A model generated the notes under the pieces. The model searched no databases, was not told the DNA's origin, and saw only the letters and a program-made list of their open reading frames with translations. A DNA stretch of 64,000 bases from Cytophagales bacterium (GTDB lineage: Bacteria > Bacteroidota > Bacteroidia > Cytophagales > VRUD01), in the NCBI GenBank assembly GCA_019456305.1, contig VRUD01000013.1:1594-65593 (forward strand). The letters run 5' to 3'. Position numbers and translations under genes: made by a program. This document shows positions 52,511 through 62,225 of this stretch, one piece after another (position 1 is the first letter of the stretch; every line of letters starts with the position of its first letter).

Positions 52511-52602
52511 TTGTCATTGCGAGCGCAGCGAAGCAATCCATTCATAGAAAGTAGTACAATTAAACAGATTGCTTCGGTCGCTGCGCTCCCTCGCAATGAC
52601 AG
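52511..52602. repeat. imperfect inverted repeat (gtcattgcgag...cgcagcg...aagcaatc family)
   Basis: The left arm is 52511-52538 and the right arm is 52567-52602. The arms differ by small indels. Confidence 0.65.
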
Positions 52603-52653
52603 TTTTGTGTTATTATTTTCTTTTTGTTCGTAAGATCATTTCGCAATCCTTCT

Positions 52654-53643
52654 CTACGACACAACAAGCTCATATTTTTCTCCCACTTCATTCAAAATCT
52701 CACTGACCTCCTTAAGTGTTTCTCCCGTAACCAGCCTTGTCCGCAAAGGTTTAAAATCCGGGAACCCCCTGAAATAATTACTGTAATGCCTGCGCATTTC
52801 AAAAATGCCGGTTCGCGGCCCTTTCCATTCTATGGATCTTGCCAGATGCTTTTTACAGACTTCAACCCTTTCTTCTATATCAGGAGGAGGTAGTTTTTCA
52901 CCGGTTCTGAAATAATGCTTAATTTCATTAAATATCCAGGGATATCCGATAGCTGCTCTTCCGATCATAATTCCATCTACACCATATTGAGCCCTGTATT
53001 CCACGGCTTTCTCAGGGGAAACAACATCGCCATTTCCAAATATAGGAATATGTATGTCATCACAATTTTTAACTTCCGCTATCAATGACCAGTCTGCATT
53101 TCCTTTATACATTTGTTGTCTTGTACGGCCATGTATTGTGAGGGCTTTAATTCCGGCATCCTGCAGGCGCTTTGCTACTTCAACTATTTTAATTGAATGA
53201 TCATCCCAGCCTAAGCGCGTTTTAACGGTAACAGGCAAGGTACATTTTTTCACAATTTCTTCGGTCATTTTCTGCATTTTGGGCAAGTCTAACAGGATAC
53301 CTGCTCCGGCACCCTTGCAGGCAACATTTTTAACAGGGCAGCCATAGTTTATATCAATCAGCTCAGGATCAGCCGCTTCAGCAATAGCAGCAGCCTCCCG
53401 CATTGATTCGATCTTATCCCCAAATATCTGGATACCAATTGGCCGTTCATAATCGTAAATGTCTAACTTTCGCACACTTTTCTCAGCGCTTCTGATCAGC
53501 CCTTCTGAAGAGATAAACTCTGTGTAAAGCAGATCTGCCCCCTTGTCCTTACACACAGCCCTGAACGGAGGATCACTGACATCTTCCATGGGAGCGAGTA
53601 ATAATGGGAATTCTCCAAGTTCTAAATTGCCGATACGTACCAT
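52654..53643 (-). CDS. dusB: tRNA-dihydrouridine synthase
   Basis: LLAPMEDVSDPPFR, INYGCPVKNV..KGAGAGILLD and the TIHGRT motif match the Dus family. The upstream 9 codons of the track ORF are encoded by a gcgcatagcgcat repeat, so I take the start at MVRIGN. Confidence 0.85.
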   Translation of the reverse strand: MVRIGNLELGEFPLLLAPMEDVSDPPFRAVCKDKGADLLYTEFISSEGLIRSAEKSVRKLDIYDYERPIGIQIFGDKIESMREAAAIAEAADPELIDINYGCPVKNVACKGAGAGILLDLPKMQKMTEEIVKKCTLPVTVKTRLGWDDHSIKIVEVAKRLQDAGIKALTIHGRTRQQMYKGNADWSLIAEVKNCDDIHIPIFGNGDVVSPEKAVEYRAQYGVDGIMIGRAAIGYPWIFNEIKHYFRTGEKLPPPDIEERVEVCKKHLARSIEWKGPRTGIFEMRRHYSNYFRGFPDFKPLRTRLVTGETLKEVSEILNEVGEKYELVVS

Positions 53644-53748
53644 GTGAAGGGTGCATAGCGCATAGCGCATGGCGCATGGCGCATAGCTGCCACCGCTCTG
53701 CTCTCTGCACTATGTTTTTACAAGTTTTTCCCGTAAATTTACGCAATT

Positions 53749-54729
53749 ATGTCTTTAAATCCAAAACTTGTTCCGGGCGAAGCGAGGAATCTAATCCAAA
53801 ATCCACAATATTCGAAACTCGAAACTCGAACTGCAACCCAAAGCACCTTGCTATCCCTGGGCATGCTGATATTATTCATTTTTGCCGGATGGTTGATATT
53901 TCAATTTATTGCAGCAGTGGCAGTTTTGCCATTCTTTGATTTTGATATTATCACCATGCAAAATGTTTTCAGTGACCCTGTAAATAATCCTGAATCAAAA
54001 ATCCCATTCCTGGTAATTCAGGGAATTGTATCATTAGGTATGTTTATTATTTCGCCTCTACTATTCATGTATTTCATTGATAAGAGCAATCTTTACAATT
54101 TTCTCTCCTCCCTTGTCCCCCGTCTCTTGTTCCTCGTCCCGATGGTGATAACTATAATTATAGTAATCGTATTGATGCCTCTGAATTCAGCCATAATTGA
54201 ATGGAACGCTAATATAAAATTCCCGGAGATTCTTTCTTCTTTCGAACAGTGGGCTGCTGAAAAAGAATTAATGCTTAAAGAGCTAACAAATTTAATTACA
54301 GATTTTACCAGCTTCCCGCAATTTTTACTGGGGGTTTTGGTAATAGCAATCATTCCTGCAGTAGGAGAAGAGCTCGTTTTTAGAGGGTTGGTACAAAATA
54401 AATTGTTTCAGGTAACCAAAAACCGGCACATTGCTATATGGATCTCTGCTTTCTTGTTCAGCGCTATCCACATACAGTTTTATGGCTTTTTCCCCAGAAT
54501 GCTGCTTGGAATAATTTTTGGCTATCTTTATCTCTGGTCGGGAAATTTATTGATTCCGATAATTGCTCATTTTATAAATAATTGCTTTACTGCCGTGATC
54601 ATTTATCTAGGAAAACTAAATATTATTACCTTTGATATTGAATCAACCGAAGCTATGCCAATTGAGCTTGTGATTACCTCGTTGGTATTAACTATTGGAT
54701 TAATTTTTTTGTTTAGAAAATCTGTGTAA
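53749..54729 (+). CDS. CPBP-family intramembrane glutamic endopeptidase (CAAX protease-like)
   Basis: It has the motifs EELVFRG, FSAIHIQF and HFINN in a multi-TM protein. The start is uncertain because the first ~25 codons overlap a repeat. Confidence 0.8.
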   Translation: MSLNPKLVPGEARNLIQNPQYSKLETRTATQSTLLSLGMLILFIFAGWLIFQFIAAVAVLPFFDFDIITMQNVFSDPVNNPESKIPFLVIQGIVSLGMFIISPLLFMYFIDKSNLYNFLSSLVPRLLFLVPMVITIIIVIVLMPLNSAIIEWNANIKFPEILSSFEQWAAEKELMLKELTNLITDFTSFPQFLLGVLVIAIIPAVGEELVFRGLVQNKLFQVTKNRHIAIWISAFLFSAIHIQFYGFFPRMLLGIIFGYLYLWSGNLLIPIIAHFINNCFTAVIIYLGKLNIITFDIESTEAMPIELVITSLVLTIGLIFLFRKSV

Positions 54730-54732
54730 TCT

Positions 54733-55653
54733 ATGAAATCTGTGGTTAAAAAACGTATCCTCGTTGGTATTATCGGAGCCGCTCTGATAATTTTCTGCAT
54801 TTGCTTCAGTGCATGGACCTATTTTGCTTTGTTCTTCCTGATATGTCTTTTCAGCCAGTTAGAATTTTACAAAAATGTGGCTGCGGGTCGTATTTGTAAT
54901 CCGGCTCTATATTTAGGGCTCATCTGCGGGCTAACTTTATTCACATCAACTTTCTTAATAGAAAAAGAAATTATTAGCCAAAACTATTATTATCTTTTAT
55001 TCCCATTTTTAAGTTTAATTTTTCTTTTTGAACTCTTTAAACCGGCATCCAGTATCCAGTCAGAGCGAAGCGGAGATCCAGATCTACCAGGGCATCCAGC
55101 ATCCAGCTTCACCAACATTGCTTTTACTTTTTTAGGAATAATCTACATTGCCCTCCCACTTGCACTGTTAAACATTGCAGCCTTTTCAACAGAACATTCT
55201 GCTATCCAACATCTAATATCCAGTATCCGGCATCCAGCATCCAGCATCCAGTATTATAGTTACCAGGTCATTTTAGGGATTTTACTCATCGTATGGGCTA
55301 ATGATACACTGGCATATTTTGTAGGGATCAATTTTGGCCGAACAAAGCTTTTTCAGCGCATCTCACCGAAAAAAACCTGGGAAGGAACCATCGGGGGTGG
55401 TGTTGCTTCGCTCATCACTGCCTTGATTTTATCTTTTTATTTCAAAGACCTGCTGTTGTGGCAATGGATGACTTTATCTTTGATAATAATCATATCATCT
55501 ACATTAGGCGACCTTGTGGAATCATTATTCAAACGCAGCCTTAACATAAAAGATTCGGCAACAACAATTCCCGGCCACGGAGGATTTCTTGACAGGTTTG
55601 ACGGGCTGTTCCTGGCAGCGCCTTTTGTGACGGCATTTTTAAAATTTTTGTAA
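54733..55653 (+). CDS. cdsA: phosphatidate cytidylyltransferase
   Basis: It has the signature region SPKKTWEGTIGG...GDLVESLFKRSLNIKDSATTIPGHGGFLDRFDG. Two catccag-repeat-encoded segments interrupt it. Confidence 0.85.
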   Translation: MKSVVKKRILVGIIGAALIIFCICFSAWTYFALFFLICLFSQLEFYKNVAAGRICNPALYLGLICGLTLFTSTFLIEKEIISQNYYYLLFPFLSLIFLFELFKPASSIQSERSGDPDLPGHPASSFTNIAFTFLGIIYIALPLALLNIAAFSTEHSAIQHLISSIRHPASSIQYYSYQVILGILLIVWANDTLAYFVGINFGRTKLFQRISPKKTWEGTIGGGVASLITALILSFYFKDLLLWQWMTLSLIIIISSTLGDLVESLFKRSLNIKDSATTIPGHGGFLDRFDGLFLAAPFVTAFLKFL

Positions 55654-55707
55654 CCCATGACGAAAAAAAGAAAGAGCGTTGCAGATGAAGCGAGCCCAAT
55701 TTAAATA

Positions 55708-55860
55708 TGAGTCCACTCTAAAAAGTCCAAAAAATAAAAATGCCACTAAATCACCAAAGCACTAAATCCCACAAAACACTGAAAATCAATTAGTTAATTT
55801 ATAGTGGGATTTTGTGTTTTTGTGCTTTTGTGGCAAAAAAGACTTTTTAGAGTGGACTCA
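55708..55860 (-). mobile_element. 153-bp MITE-like element, copy 5 (inverted orientation)
   Basis: It is the reverse complement of copies 1-3, with a few substitutions. Confidence 0.7.
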
Positions 55861-55914
55861 AAATATCAATGATAAATATTCGTTTGTATATTATTATTTA
55901 CCTAAATTTGTGTT

Positions 55915-58900
55915 ATGATCTTTAAAAAAATTATATTGTCATTCAGCTTTGCTTTTGCATTTGCTTTTCTTCTCCACCTTTCCTCCTGGATTTTTTTCTC
56001 CCCCTTTGTGGGAGATTCAGAGGGGTCCTGGGTTGGGGGTGAAGTTTTTGCACAAACACTCAAATTCTCTGATGAGCCGGAGCAGTTCATAACAGACATC
56101 AACCAGATGATGGAAGCCACTACCTATGAAATTGCAATCCAGGCAGCAGTAAATTTCGATTCTGCATGGGTTTCACTCACCGGTGGTCAAAAGACAGTAC
56201 TGATCAGCATCGCTCAAAAGATGGCAAAAAGAAGACTCAAGCCAATACCAGACTTTCAGAATTTTTTTAATACAATTTCTTATGCTGTTCAAAATGACTC
56301 CATAGACTCACAAATACTTGATACATTTTTAACCGTAATGTTTAAAGTGATAGACAGACCTGAAAATAGCAATGCCTTGATCAGTAAATTTCTTGCAACT
56401 ACCAGGCTGTTTTTTGAAAAAAAAGCCCTGTACGACTCAAACTATAACAGCGTGTTTGTGATTGGAGGAACCTATGCTTTTGATTATATAGAACCGGAAG
56501 AAGAAAAAACTATCTTTGATGAATATGATCCCGAATACCCGGAAGCACAAGAAGAAGAAGCAGAAGATGATGACTGGGGTTGGGAGGATGAAGGTTGGGG
56601 TGATGAGGATGAAGATGATTTTACCACGAGCAAACAAAGGATCGAAGCTTTGTTAGGAGATGAAGTTACAGAAGATGATGCTACTGAGCAAACCCCAATA
56701 CAAGGCCCTGTAATAATTTTTAAAAACGCCAACATTGCCTTACGAACAAATTATGGCTCCAATCAAATTCAGGGCACAAATGGCACCTTCATGTTTTATA
56801 GCAACATTTTTACCGGGGATAGCGGCAAATTTGACTGGAGTAAAGTGGGAATTTCACCAGCAGCGCTTTATTGTGAATTTAAAGGATATAATTTTAACGT
56901 AAAAAGCCCTACCTTAAAAGTAGACTCAGTTACCTTACACTATCCTGAAGTGGTTGGCTACCCCGTTGAAGGAATATTTGAATTTCAAAGTAAAAAATAT
57001 TCAAATCCATTGAAAGCCCAATACCCCAAATTTAAGTCTTATTCTAACGATATTAAAATCAAAAACTTTGGGAAAAATATGATATATAAAGGAGGAATGG
57101 CCCTCATCTATAAAGGTGGATTAGCCCTTGCCGGCAACAGGATGAACAGTTTATCAGTGACCGGAGGAAACTGCGAAATGAACTTTCTCAGAAAAAACAA
57201 ATTAATGTTTAGGTTGTTAGCGAAAAGATTTGAATTAGGCGACTCTTTAATTGCCTCTAAAAATGCGTATTTTGTCCTTTATCAATATGAAGATTCGTTG
57301 ATGGACGGCAACAGAGTAGCATTTCAGCGAAAAGACTCAATCGTTCACCCAAAAGTTAAGTTGAAATACAATAAAAATACTGCCATGTTAAAGTTGGTAA
57401 CAGGTGGAAGTACATCAAAGCATACAGCATTCTCCGATTCCTATCATAATATTGATATCAGAGCAGAATTTCTTCACTGGGATTTGAAAACTTCACAAGT
57501 AAATTTTTCTATAATTACTGCAAAACACAAAGTACCGGCATTTTTTGAGTCAAGAGAATATTATGATCCTGTCAGGTACAAACAAATGGGGGGTATTTTA
57601 AGCTTTCATCCACTACAAATGGTGGTAATGTACGGACGCTTAAAAGGGAAAAAACAATTTTATGTTGATCAAATAGCAAGAGATTATAAGAAAAATGCCA
57701 ACACGATTAAATCTACCTGTGTATCTTTGGACAGGCAGGGGTTTATAGATTATAATGCTGAAACGGGTTTTATTAAATTAAAACCTAAGGGTATACATTA
57801 TGTGTATGCCAGCATGGGAAGAGCCGATTATGATAATATGCTGATAAGGTCTTTAAGCGCAGCAGGGAAAAATGCTACTTTAGACATTTCTAACAATGAG
57901 CTCACCGTAAGAGGCATTCGCAAGTTCTATTTAAGTGATTCGATGAGGGTGTTTGTGCTTCCGCAAGGTAACCAGATCAAAATATTAAAAGACCGCAATC
58001 TATTATTCAATGGCATGTTGAGAGCTGGTAATATGTTGTTTTACGGGCAGGATTTCAAGTTTGATTATGATGGTTTTTTTGTAGTTTTAAAACAGGTTGA
58101 TTCACTGAAATTCAGATTGGATAAAGTAGGAGTACTTGATAACCAGATGGTCTTTGAGGAGGGTATTTTATATATTAATAAGCCAAATAACAGATCGGGA
58201 AGAAAAAGCTTTCCGGATTATCCTAAGCTTGCCGCCCCACAGGGAGGAAAGGTCTATTTTGACCGGGATAAAGTGCTCAATCATGCTTATGATAAAAGTA
58301 TGTATTTTGAAATACCTGCTTTTGATCTTGATAGCCTCAACAGCTATAATCCTGCCTCCTTTTCATTTTATGGCACTTTTTATTCGGGCGGCATTTTCCC
58401 ACCCTTCCAGGAAAGATTGCGAATTATGCCGGATTACTCACTTGGATTTACGCACAAGGTCCCTTATGGTGGGTATAATCTTTACGGAAAGGATGACGCC
58501 CGGTTTTACGACATGCTTACCTTAAACAACGAGGGCCTGAGAGGACCGGGAGAGCTCAAATATTTAATGGCTACCTTAAAATCAGAGGATTTTGTTTTTT
58601 ATTTAGATTCTACTTTAGCTATAGCCACAGCAGGGTATATACAAAAAGGTAATTATAACGAAGCATCCTGCCCTCAGACAACCTATGATCGCTGCCTGAT
58701 GAAATGGCTGCCTAAGCTCGGTATGTATTTAAGCAATACCGATATACAAGCCCCGATCCTGCTTTATGAAGGAGACGCTACATTAGATGGAACCACGCTA
58801 TTAACTGCAACCGGGTTATATGGAATTGGCAAAGTCTCTACAAGTGATGCAGCAACAATATCTGATAAGTTTCATTTTAGAGAAAATGACTTTAGCGCCA

Positions 58901-61380
58901 GAAGAGCAACTTTTAAAATAGCCTCTGATAACCCCAAAAAGCCTGCATTATTATGTACCTCAGTGAGACTCGACTTTGATATGCAAAACCTTATTGCCGA
59001 CTGGACCCCTGAAATAAAAGGATTCCCCAGCACCGAGTTCCCTTATTCACAATATAAAACATCCATCGAAAAAGGGCTGCTGGATTTGAATAAAAGAACC
59101 GTAACCATGCATATGCCTGAAGGAAGCGAACTTAAAAATTCGTACTTCTATTCCACCCATCCCGACCAGGATTCTTTAGCTTTTAATGCTACGGGCGCTA
59201 TCTATGATATGGATGAATTTACATTAAACATAAATGGTATCCCGGAAATCAAGGTTGCAGACGCCTCTATCGTCCCTGATAGTAATAAAATTTTTGTGCT
59301 TGAAAATGCAAAAATACCGATGCTCACCAGAGCAGAGATTACCATGGATACATTAAATGGTTACCATCAACTTCACAGCGGTAACATTTTTGTAAATTCA
59401 AGAAATGAATTTGAAGGCAATGCAATCTATGATTTTGTTAATTTGGCTAATGACACCTTCCGGATAAAATTTGACAAGTTTGTGATGGGAAAAGAAACTA
59501 AAAAGAAGAAAGATATTGTCTCCACTGCTGCTTATGGCGAAGTGCTGGAAGATGACAGCATTTTCATCTCTCCCAAAATATTTTACAGGGGAAAGGTTGC
59601 TTTGCACGCAGACAAAGATAATCTGGATGTAGATGGTTTTATTAAACTGCAAATGATAGGTATTTTTAAATCTGATAACTGGTTTAAATACACTAACCAG
59701 GAAGATATATTTAATGTATTTATAAAGGTTGAAGACCTTGTTTCTGCTATGGGTAAACCTCTGAGTACCGGCCTGCACATAAATCAGCGCACTTCACAAT
59801 TATACAGCACTTTTATTTCTCAAAAGTACCAGAATACTGATAAAGACGTGCTGCCTGCTAAGGGGATGCTTTATATTGAACCGTTTAAAAGTGAATTTAA
59901 GATCACCACTCCTGAAAAAAACGCTGGACTATCTTATCAGGGCAACGTAATGGTGTATCGTGATTCCACTTCCGAGATTGATTATGAGGGAAAATTAAGT
60001 TTGGTTACTACCCGAAATGATAATAAAAGTTTTGTATGTGACGCTTCCGGCAGCGGCAGCGCATACTTTTCCTCTTACGACACTATCTACATGACCGATA
60101 CCCTTTTCACCATAAATCCAATGATTTATAATAAACTTATTCAGTTCTATGACACACTTTATACTACTGACACTATTTACAGAAACGATTTGCTGTTCTA
60201 TCTTCCATCTTCTATCTTCCATTTCCCATCTGCCCCGACAGAGTCGGGGTCTGCTATCTCCCATTTTCCATTTTCCATTTTCCATCTCCCGTCAGGAGAT
60301 ACACTCCTTTCCACTTCCGATATTCTTCTCAACACTACCGATACGCTTTACACCCTTGATCCCTTTCTAAACCCGGATACACTTTTTACCTCCGATACTC
60401 TTTATTCTCTTGATACTCTCGTGGCTTATACCATTGATACTCTGATAGCTAACTCTTATATCATAGACACCATTGCTACCAACCAGTATTCGTTCAACAC
60501 ATTTCTATCATTTAATTTCGGCTTTCCTACCCAGGCGCTGAAATTAATGGGAGAAGATATTGTCAAAGCTACCACTCCTAAATCTTTAATCTCTGATCAG
60601 GTCATGATCGAGAAGATGCAGGGGTCTTCGGTCGAAGATCAAGAAGAGTCCAACAAGCCTAATGACAATGATTCAACTTTGATCTACAGGTTGGCAGAAA
60701 TAATTGGCAATGAGAAAGCAAAAGAATATAAACAGCATTTGGCAGCTCAAAATTCTCCTTTTATGGATTATGAATATTCACCTCTTTATACTTTTTCTAA
60801 TAAATTAAATAAATCCATCGTCTTTTCTGACGTAACGCTTAAATGGTCAAATGAATACAAGGCCTGGTATAGTGTAGGTAAACTGGGTCTGTCCAACATC
60901 CTGAAAAATGACGTCAATGCAGAAGTTAATGGCTATCTGCAGATGAGCAAAACCCCGGCCGGAGATAAGGTAGATATTTATATTGAGCTTGCCTATGATA
61001 AATGGTATTATTTCCATTATGATAATACATCATTCTGGTATAAAATGAGCGTTAATACGCCCATCAACAAGCTTATTGCTACTTCGTCTGATCTAAGGTT
61101 TAATGATATTATTGCCTCAAAAGCTAAAGGAAATAGAGATGCAATTACTGAAGATAAGTATGCTTTTGCTTTGGGAGACCTGATGGATAAAGCCTTGTTT
61201 ATTAGAAAATTCAAATCAAAATATTTGGGAGAAGGCACTTTTGAGCAAGAAGAGGAAGAAGAGGAACTTGATGAAGAAGAAACATACGATGAAGAAGAAG
61301 ATGATTTTGATGATTCCGAAATTATGGATATGCGGATGAAAGCCGGGTCAAAGCCGCCTAAGAAAAAAGGCAGGAAATAG
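55915..61380 (+). CDS. giant (1821 aa) N-terminally membrane-anchored hypothetical protein with acidic tracts
   Basis: It is a single uninterrupted ORF with an N-terminal hydrophobic helix. Acidic runs occur near aa 200-235 and at the C-terminus. No family is recognised. Confidence 0.6.
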   Translation: MIFKKIILSFSFAFAFAFLLHLSSWIFFSPFVGDSEGSWVGGEVFAQTLKFSDEPEQFITDINQMMEATTYEIAIQAAVNFDSAWVSLTGGQKTVLISIAQKMAKRRLKPIPDFQNFFNTISYAVQNDSIDSQILDTFLTVMFKVIDRPENSNALISKFLATTRLFFEKKALYDSNYNSVFVIGGTYAFDYIEPEEEKTIFDEYDPEYPEAQEEEAEDDDWGWEDEGWGDEDEDDFTTSKQRIEALLGDEVTEDDATEQTPIQGPVIIFKNANIALRTNYGSNQIQGTNGTFMFYSNIFTGDSGKFDWSKVGISPAALYCEFKGYNFNVKSPTLKVDSVTLHYPEVVGYPVEGIFEFQSKKYSNPLKAQYPKFKSYSNDIKIKNFGKNMIYKGGMALIYKGGLALAGNRMNSLSVTGGNCEMNFLRKNKLMFRLLAKRFELGDSLIASKNAYFVLYQYEDSLMDGNRVAFQRKDSIVHPKVKLKYNKNTAMLKLVTGGSTSKHTAFSDSYHNIDIRAEFLHWDLKTSQVNFSIITAKHKVPAFFESREYYDPVRYKQMGGILSFHPLQMVVMYGRLKGKKQFYVDQIARDYKKNANTIKSTCVSLDRQGFIDYNAETGFIKLKPKGIHYVYASMGRADYDNMLIRSLSAAGKNATLDISNNELTVRGIRKFYLSDSMRVFVLPQGNQIKILKDRNLLFNGMLRAGNMLFYGQDFKFDYDGFFVVLKQVDSLKFRLDKVGVLDNQMVFEEGILYINKPNNRSGRKSFPDYPKLAAPQGGKVYFDRDKVLNHAYDKSMYFEIPAFDLDSLNSYNPASFSFYGTFYSGGIFPPFQERLRIMPDYSLGFTHKVPYGGYNLYGKDDARFYDMLTLNNEGLRGPGELKYLMATLKSEDFVFYLDSTLAIATAGYIQKGNYNEASCPQTTYDRCLMKWLPKLGMYLSNTDIQAPILLYEGDATLDGTTLLTATGLYGIGKVSTSDAATISDKFHFRENDFSARRATFKIASDNPKKPALLCTSVRLDFDMQNLIADWTPEIKGFPSTEFPYSQYKTSIEKGLLDLNKRTVTMHMPEGSELKNSYFYSTHPDQDSLAFNATGAIYDMDEFTLNINGIPEIKVADASIVPDSNKIFVLENAKIPMLTRAEITMDTLNGYHQLHSGNIFVNSRNEFEGNAIYDFVNLANDTFRIKFDKFVMGKETKKKKDIVSTAAYGEVLEDDSIFISPKIFYRGKVALHADKDNLDVDGFIKLQMIGIFKSDNWFKYTNQEDIFNVFIKVEDLVSAMGKPLSTGLHINQRTSQLYSTFISQKYQNTDKDVLPAKGMLYIEPFKSEFKITTPEKNAGLSYQGNVMVYRDSTSEIDYEGKLSLVTTRNDNKSFVCDASGSGSAYFSSYDTIYMTDTLFTINPMIYNKLIQFYDTLYTTDTIYRNDLLFYLPSSIFHFPSAPTESGSAISHFPFSIFHLPSGDTLLSTSDILLNTTDTLYTLDPFLNPDTLFTSDTLYSLDTLVAYTIDTLIANSYIIDTIATNQYSFNTFLSFNFGFPTQALKLMGEDIVKATTPKSLISDQVMIEKMQGSSVEDQEESNKPNDNDSTLIYRLAEIIGNEKAKEYKQHLAAQNSPFMDYEYSPLYTFSNKLNKSIVFSDVTLKWSNEYKAWYSVGKLGLSNILKNDVNAEVNGYLQMSKTPAGDKVDIYIELAYDKWYYFHYDNTSFWYKMSVNTPINKLIATSSDLRFNDIIASKAKGNRDAITEDKYAFALGDLMDKALFIRKFKSKYLGEGTFEQEEEEEELDEEETYDEEEDDFDDSEIMDMRMKAGSKPPKKKGRK

Positions 61381-61468
61381 GAGACAATTTGATAATTAAC
61401 GTTCTTATTCGCGATTCGCGTAAATCCCGTAAATAAGAATTGAATTTGGTTGTTTAAAAAATAATACT

Positions 61469-61476
61469 TAACTTTG
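61469..61476 (+). promoter_or_regulatory. candidate -7 box (TAacTTTG) upstream of plsY
   Basis: The sequence taactttg matches TAnnTTTG and lies about 90 nt upstream of the plsY ATG. Confidence 0.3.
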
Positions 61477-61568
61477 CAGGCTTTCTATTTATAAACACCG
61501 GTTGAACAAGAGTATTCAGGAACAGTTAGCAATTGACCCCGAATACCTGGGAGTCAACTTTTTCAGAT

Positions 61569-62216
61569 ATGACAATCTGTTTAATCATATTTTGTACCCT
61601 TTTTGCTTATCTCATCGGTTCACTACCTACGTCAGTGTGGCTCGGACAGGCATACTATGGAATTGATGTCAGGGAATACGGGAGCGGCAATGCCGGTGCA
61701 ACCAATACTTTCAGAATTCTGGGAAAGCGGGCAGGCGTCATTGTGTTGGCTGTTGATATTATGAAAGGATGGTCGGCTACTTCGTTTGCTACTTTCCTTT
61801 TAGCGTTGAATTTGATCCCTTATGATGACCTGGTCATTTATAAAATAATTTTTGGCACTGCCGCTGTTTTAGGACATATTTTTCCGGTTTATGTAAAATT
61901 CAGAGGAGGCAAAGGCATTGCCACGCTAATAGCCGTGATCTTCTCTATCAATATTGAAGCAGCCCTGGCTTGTATGATCATTTTTTTTATTGTTCTTTTC
62001 ATTTCAAAATATGTCTCCCTGGGCTCATTGTCAGCAGCCCTGGCATTTCCCCTCCTGCTTCTTCTTCCAAGGTTTTATCCTGATGAGCCTTTTATCATCA
62101 CTTTCGGATTTGCCTTGTTTGCCATCGTTGTGCTTACCCACCAAAAAAACATTATCCGGCTTATCAACGGACAGGAAAGTAAGGCGAATATAAGGTTGAG
62201 GAAAAATAAAACCTGA
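61569..62216 (+). CDS. plsY: glycerol-3-phosphate acyltransferase PlsY
   Basis: GSGNAGATNTFRILGK and KGGKGIAT are PlsY signatures in a multi-TM protein. I prefer the ATG at MTICLIIF over the track TTG start at 61533. Confidence 0.85.
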   Translation: MTICLIIFCTLFAYLIGSLPTSVWLGQAYYGIDVREYGSGNAGATNTFRILGKRAGVIVLAVDIMKGWSATSFATFLLALNLIPYDDLVIYKIIFGTAAVLGHIFPVYVKFRGGKGIATLIAVIFSINIEAALACMIIFFIVLFISKYVSLGSLSAALAFPLLLLLPRFYPDEPFIITFGFALFAIVVLTHQKNIIRLINGQESKANIRLRKNKT

Positions 62217-62225
62217 ATTAAAAAT

